From Fistulifera solaris (taxonomy: Eukaryota): a DNA stretch of 64,000 bases. The DNA lies in assembly GCA_030295235.1 (NCBI GenBank), contig AP026129.1, positions 1,240,001-1,304,000 of the forward strand. The letters run 5' to 3'. Below are positions 61,502 through 64,000 of this stretch, piece by piece; positions within the stretch are counted from its first letter, which is position 1; the number at the start of each line of letters is the position of its first letter. The notes beneath the pieces are model-generated. The model searched no databases. It was not told where the DNA came from and worked only from the letters and a program-made list of their open reading frames with translations. The translations under genes were made by a program, and so were the position numbers.

Positions 61502-61692
61502 CACGTGAATCAAATTTTTGGATGGAAGCATCGGTTTTGCGCGTCTGTTTGACTCTCGGTCGTTAAGTATCCGGGCGTTACTGGCGTGGAGTGATTGACA
61601 CTCCACGGAATTTCTTTAGTCGAAAAACGTCCTTTCTACTTGATGGTGTATAGTAGCTCATTCGCGCTATGGCGCATCGTCACGTGAATCAA
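61502..61692. promoter_or_regulatory. Two identical CACGTGAATCAA (G-box/E-box) elements in a divergent promoter
   Basis: Exact 12-mer at 61502 and 61681 between the GH16 and SDR genes. Confidence 0.5.
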
Positions 61693-61807
61693 GCTCTCAC
61701 GACTGAAACCCCCCTCCTTTGCTTATTATTTACTCCGTACTCCGTATTTCTTTTTTTATTGACGTCTCGGCATGTCGAAAAATGAATCATCAAAGCATTT
61801 CTAGACT

Positions 61808-62776
61808 ATGTCGTTCCAGCGATCTATTTCCGTCATTGCCGTTCTCGGTCGTGCGGTGTGTGCCTTTCATCTTTTGATTTTGGGATACGGCCGCGTCGGA
61901 CGAGACGTCGCGCACGACGCTCAATCTATCTTTACGACCATCACTGGAACCGTGCGTCAACCAAGTGAGCCTGTTGGTAACATTCATTTGATTCCATTTC
62001 AAGACCGGTGCATTCAACCTTTACTATCGAATTGCTCACATATTTTAATTGCGTTGCCTCCACCCCGAGAAAAGGATGACGAACTGGAGGCAGTCCTCCA
62101 ATCCATTCAACAACAGTTTCCTCGAAACGGCTGGATCGGCATCATTTCAACCACCGGTGTTTATGGCGATCATCAAGGTTCTTGGGTGACGGAAACATCC
62201 GTCTGTTCTCCGTCTTCCGAAAGTGCATCACGATTTCTTCAGTGGGAACACGAATGGCGAAAAAATGTCAACACAATGGATATCAACTGGCCATTTTTCG
62301 ATGTGCTGGTATTTACGGGCCCGGTCGATCGGCATTGCATACCGTGTACCGAAACACGGCGTCGGAAGGAGGAGGAATCACCAATCGGATCCATACGCAC
62401 GATCTGTCACGAGCAGTGGTGGAGTGCATGAGAAAAAAGTCGTATTGGTGATGAATCAAGTATGGGCGATTGTGAAATCTTCAATCTGGCCGATGATCTA
62501 CCGGAATCACGTGCAGTCGTTCTGAAATATGCCCGTGATCTGTTACAATCAGGAGGTCTTTGGGACAACACGACGGATAACATGGTCCTTCCTTCCAAGA
62601 CGTCGAATCGAGCGCGACGACGGGAAACGGAGGAAAAGCGTGTTTGTAACCGAAAAATGAAAAAGATTTTGTTGGATGGAACAAATCTGATCTTTCCGAC
62701 GTATAAGGAAGGGTTACGGCACATCCTAGAACAGCCGTCGGAGCCGTGGTGGGAAAGGAAAGTATATCATCCTTAG
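61808..62776 (+). CDS. Atypical SDR / NAD-dependent epimerase (YeeZ-like), probably plastid-targeted; frameshifts ~62285 and ~62435
   Basis: ILGYGRVG, ISTTGVYGDHQGSWVTE, FRCAGIYGPGRS, TNRIH..D, IFNLADD, EKRV.N..MK, FPTYKEGL; presequence ending VCA-F. Confidence 0.87.
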
Positions 62777-64000
62777 TTTCTTGTGATATATATTCGCATG
62801 CTGGTACCGACAATGGATTTCCAGAATCTTCGACGGAATTCCAGATTGTGAGCGCACCGCATCTCTGCCTTTTTCCATCGTTTTGCCATCGACCACCAGT
62901 AGCACTTTCATAATGGCAAACGCAGAAGGGAGGTATTCTGGAGAAGACGAAACCCATGGAGGTACAATTCGAAAGCACATGGAGCTGGAAATAAGAACGA
63001 TGTATGATGACCATGCAATCAAGGAAAGAAAGGCTTGAATGATAAATAGCAATGCACAGCAGTACCAGGGTAAAGCAGGCGAGTTGATGAGTCTTTCTAA
63101 TTTCAGTCCCGCCCACACCGGACTTTTTTGAGTCACGCCCATGCGTGAATGCATTAGAGTAAACTGATTATAACGAAGCCAGCAGAGGACGGTGAGGAAC
63201 GATGAATTTACTTTCATGACCAGCAAATCCTCTAGCAATCGACGCTTATATATATATACAAATTAACACGGTGTTCTCTTTTAATTACTTTGTGCGCTGC
63301 TTTCATCCCATCTTAACGACTGAAGCAGAGGCCACTACTAGAGTATTCATGGAGAAATGCTTTTCGCACAATTCTAGCACCAAATCTAAAAGCTGTGCTT
63401 TTGCGTCCTTTACCTTGTTGCCGTGGTGGGAGCCAGCTTTTCCATTGAGTTGCACACTGACAAGGTCAGAGAATAAATCTTTCTCGAGACAAAAGGCCGA
63501 TTCGAAATCCGAACAGTCTTTCCAACAACAGATCGTTGCCCCGAATTCATGGATGCGCAAAACATACAGGGCAACGATGGATCGGCTTGCTATTTGCAAG
63601 CATGGAACAAAAGAAAAGGCAGCAAAAAAGCTGTGCTGTTTACTGGAATTATCGTATCTTCGACGCTCCAAGCGCGATGAGCGATTCCGATGTTCACTGT
63701 CCTTCATGCGCGACACGCGACATGGAAGGATACTGGTAGGAGGTTCGGCCTCATTCCCTACTAGTATGCTAGAGCTGCTAGAGACTCTAGAGAATGCAAG
63801 ATAATTCTGTGCACTGTTTTTCACTTTTCTGTATTTTTAGATTTTCGGGGCTGAAGGGTAGTGTGGATGAACGATGTATGAAATGTGAAAACGTTGGCGA
63901 GGAACGGAACTCCCCAGAACTCCGAACTGCGAACTCCGAACTCAAACGTCTTGTTCCATTGGCTCGAAGCTCGTAGCCGGTAGCCTTGAAGACAAGGAAT

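Noticed and set aside
1150..62440. Programmed ribosomal frameshifting or an alternative genetic code
   Set aside because: Shifts go in both directions with no shared slippery or stop motif; all three stop codons terminate genes normally
62726..64000. Several 170-210 aa ORFs on both strands at the right end
   Set aside because: No recognisable motif, start or splice structure; cannot choose a strand or product

Overview
Gene-dense eukaryotic nuclear DNA, most likely from a diatom. Evidence: short GT-AG introns, bipartite signal + F/W plastid presequences, a DUF6824-type protein and a KRE6/SKN1-like GH16 transglycosylase. About 27 protein-coding genes are recognisable: acyl-CoA oxidase (3' end), RAD50, a plastid GNAT, a DUF4336 protein, a secreted vWA-like/HYR-repeat protein, HemE, a thioredoxin, HisRS, an ankyrin-like protein, a hAT-transposase-derived gene, SAICAR synthetase, a LarE-like sulfur transferase, a double CE4 (chitin) deacetylase, a CHD remodeler, DUF6824, NBAS/Sec39, a GDP-sugar transporter, DusA, PLAC8, an alpha-CA-like protein, a tRNA-splicing endonuclease subunit, GH16 TGS and an SDR epimerase. 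Roughly 30 single-base frameshifts (many in homopolymers) and a few substitutions hit essential genes, so the assembly is probably unpolished and gene ends were reconstructed by eye. Most interesting: (1) a PurC carrying a degenerate N-terminal PurE/LarB-fold domain, about 0.8 kb from a CxxC-C LarE homologue of the nickel-pincer pathway; (2) recurrent TACGGAGTA and GGTACC-type motifs in intergenic DNA; (3) a 9-nt microexon in the CHD Walker A motif; (4) internally duplicated extracellular proteins; (5) a possibly domesticated hAT transposase. All family calls come from motif recognition; no searches were run.
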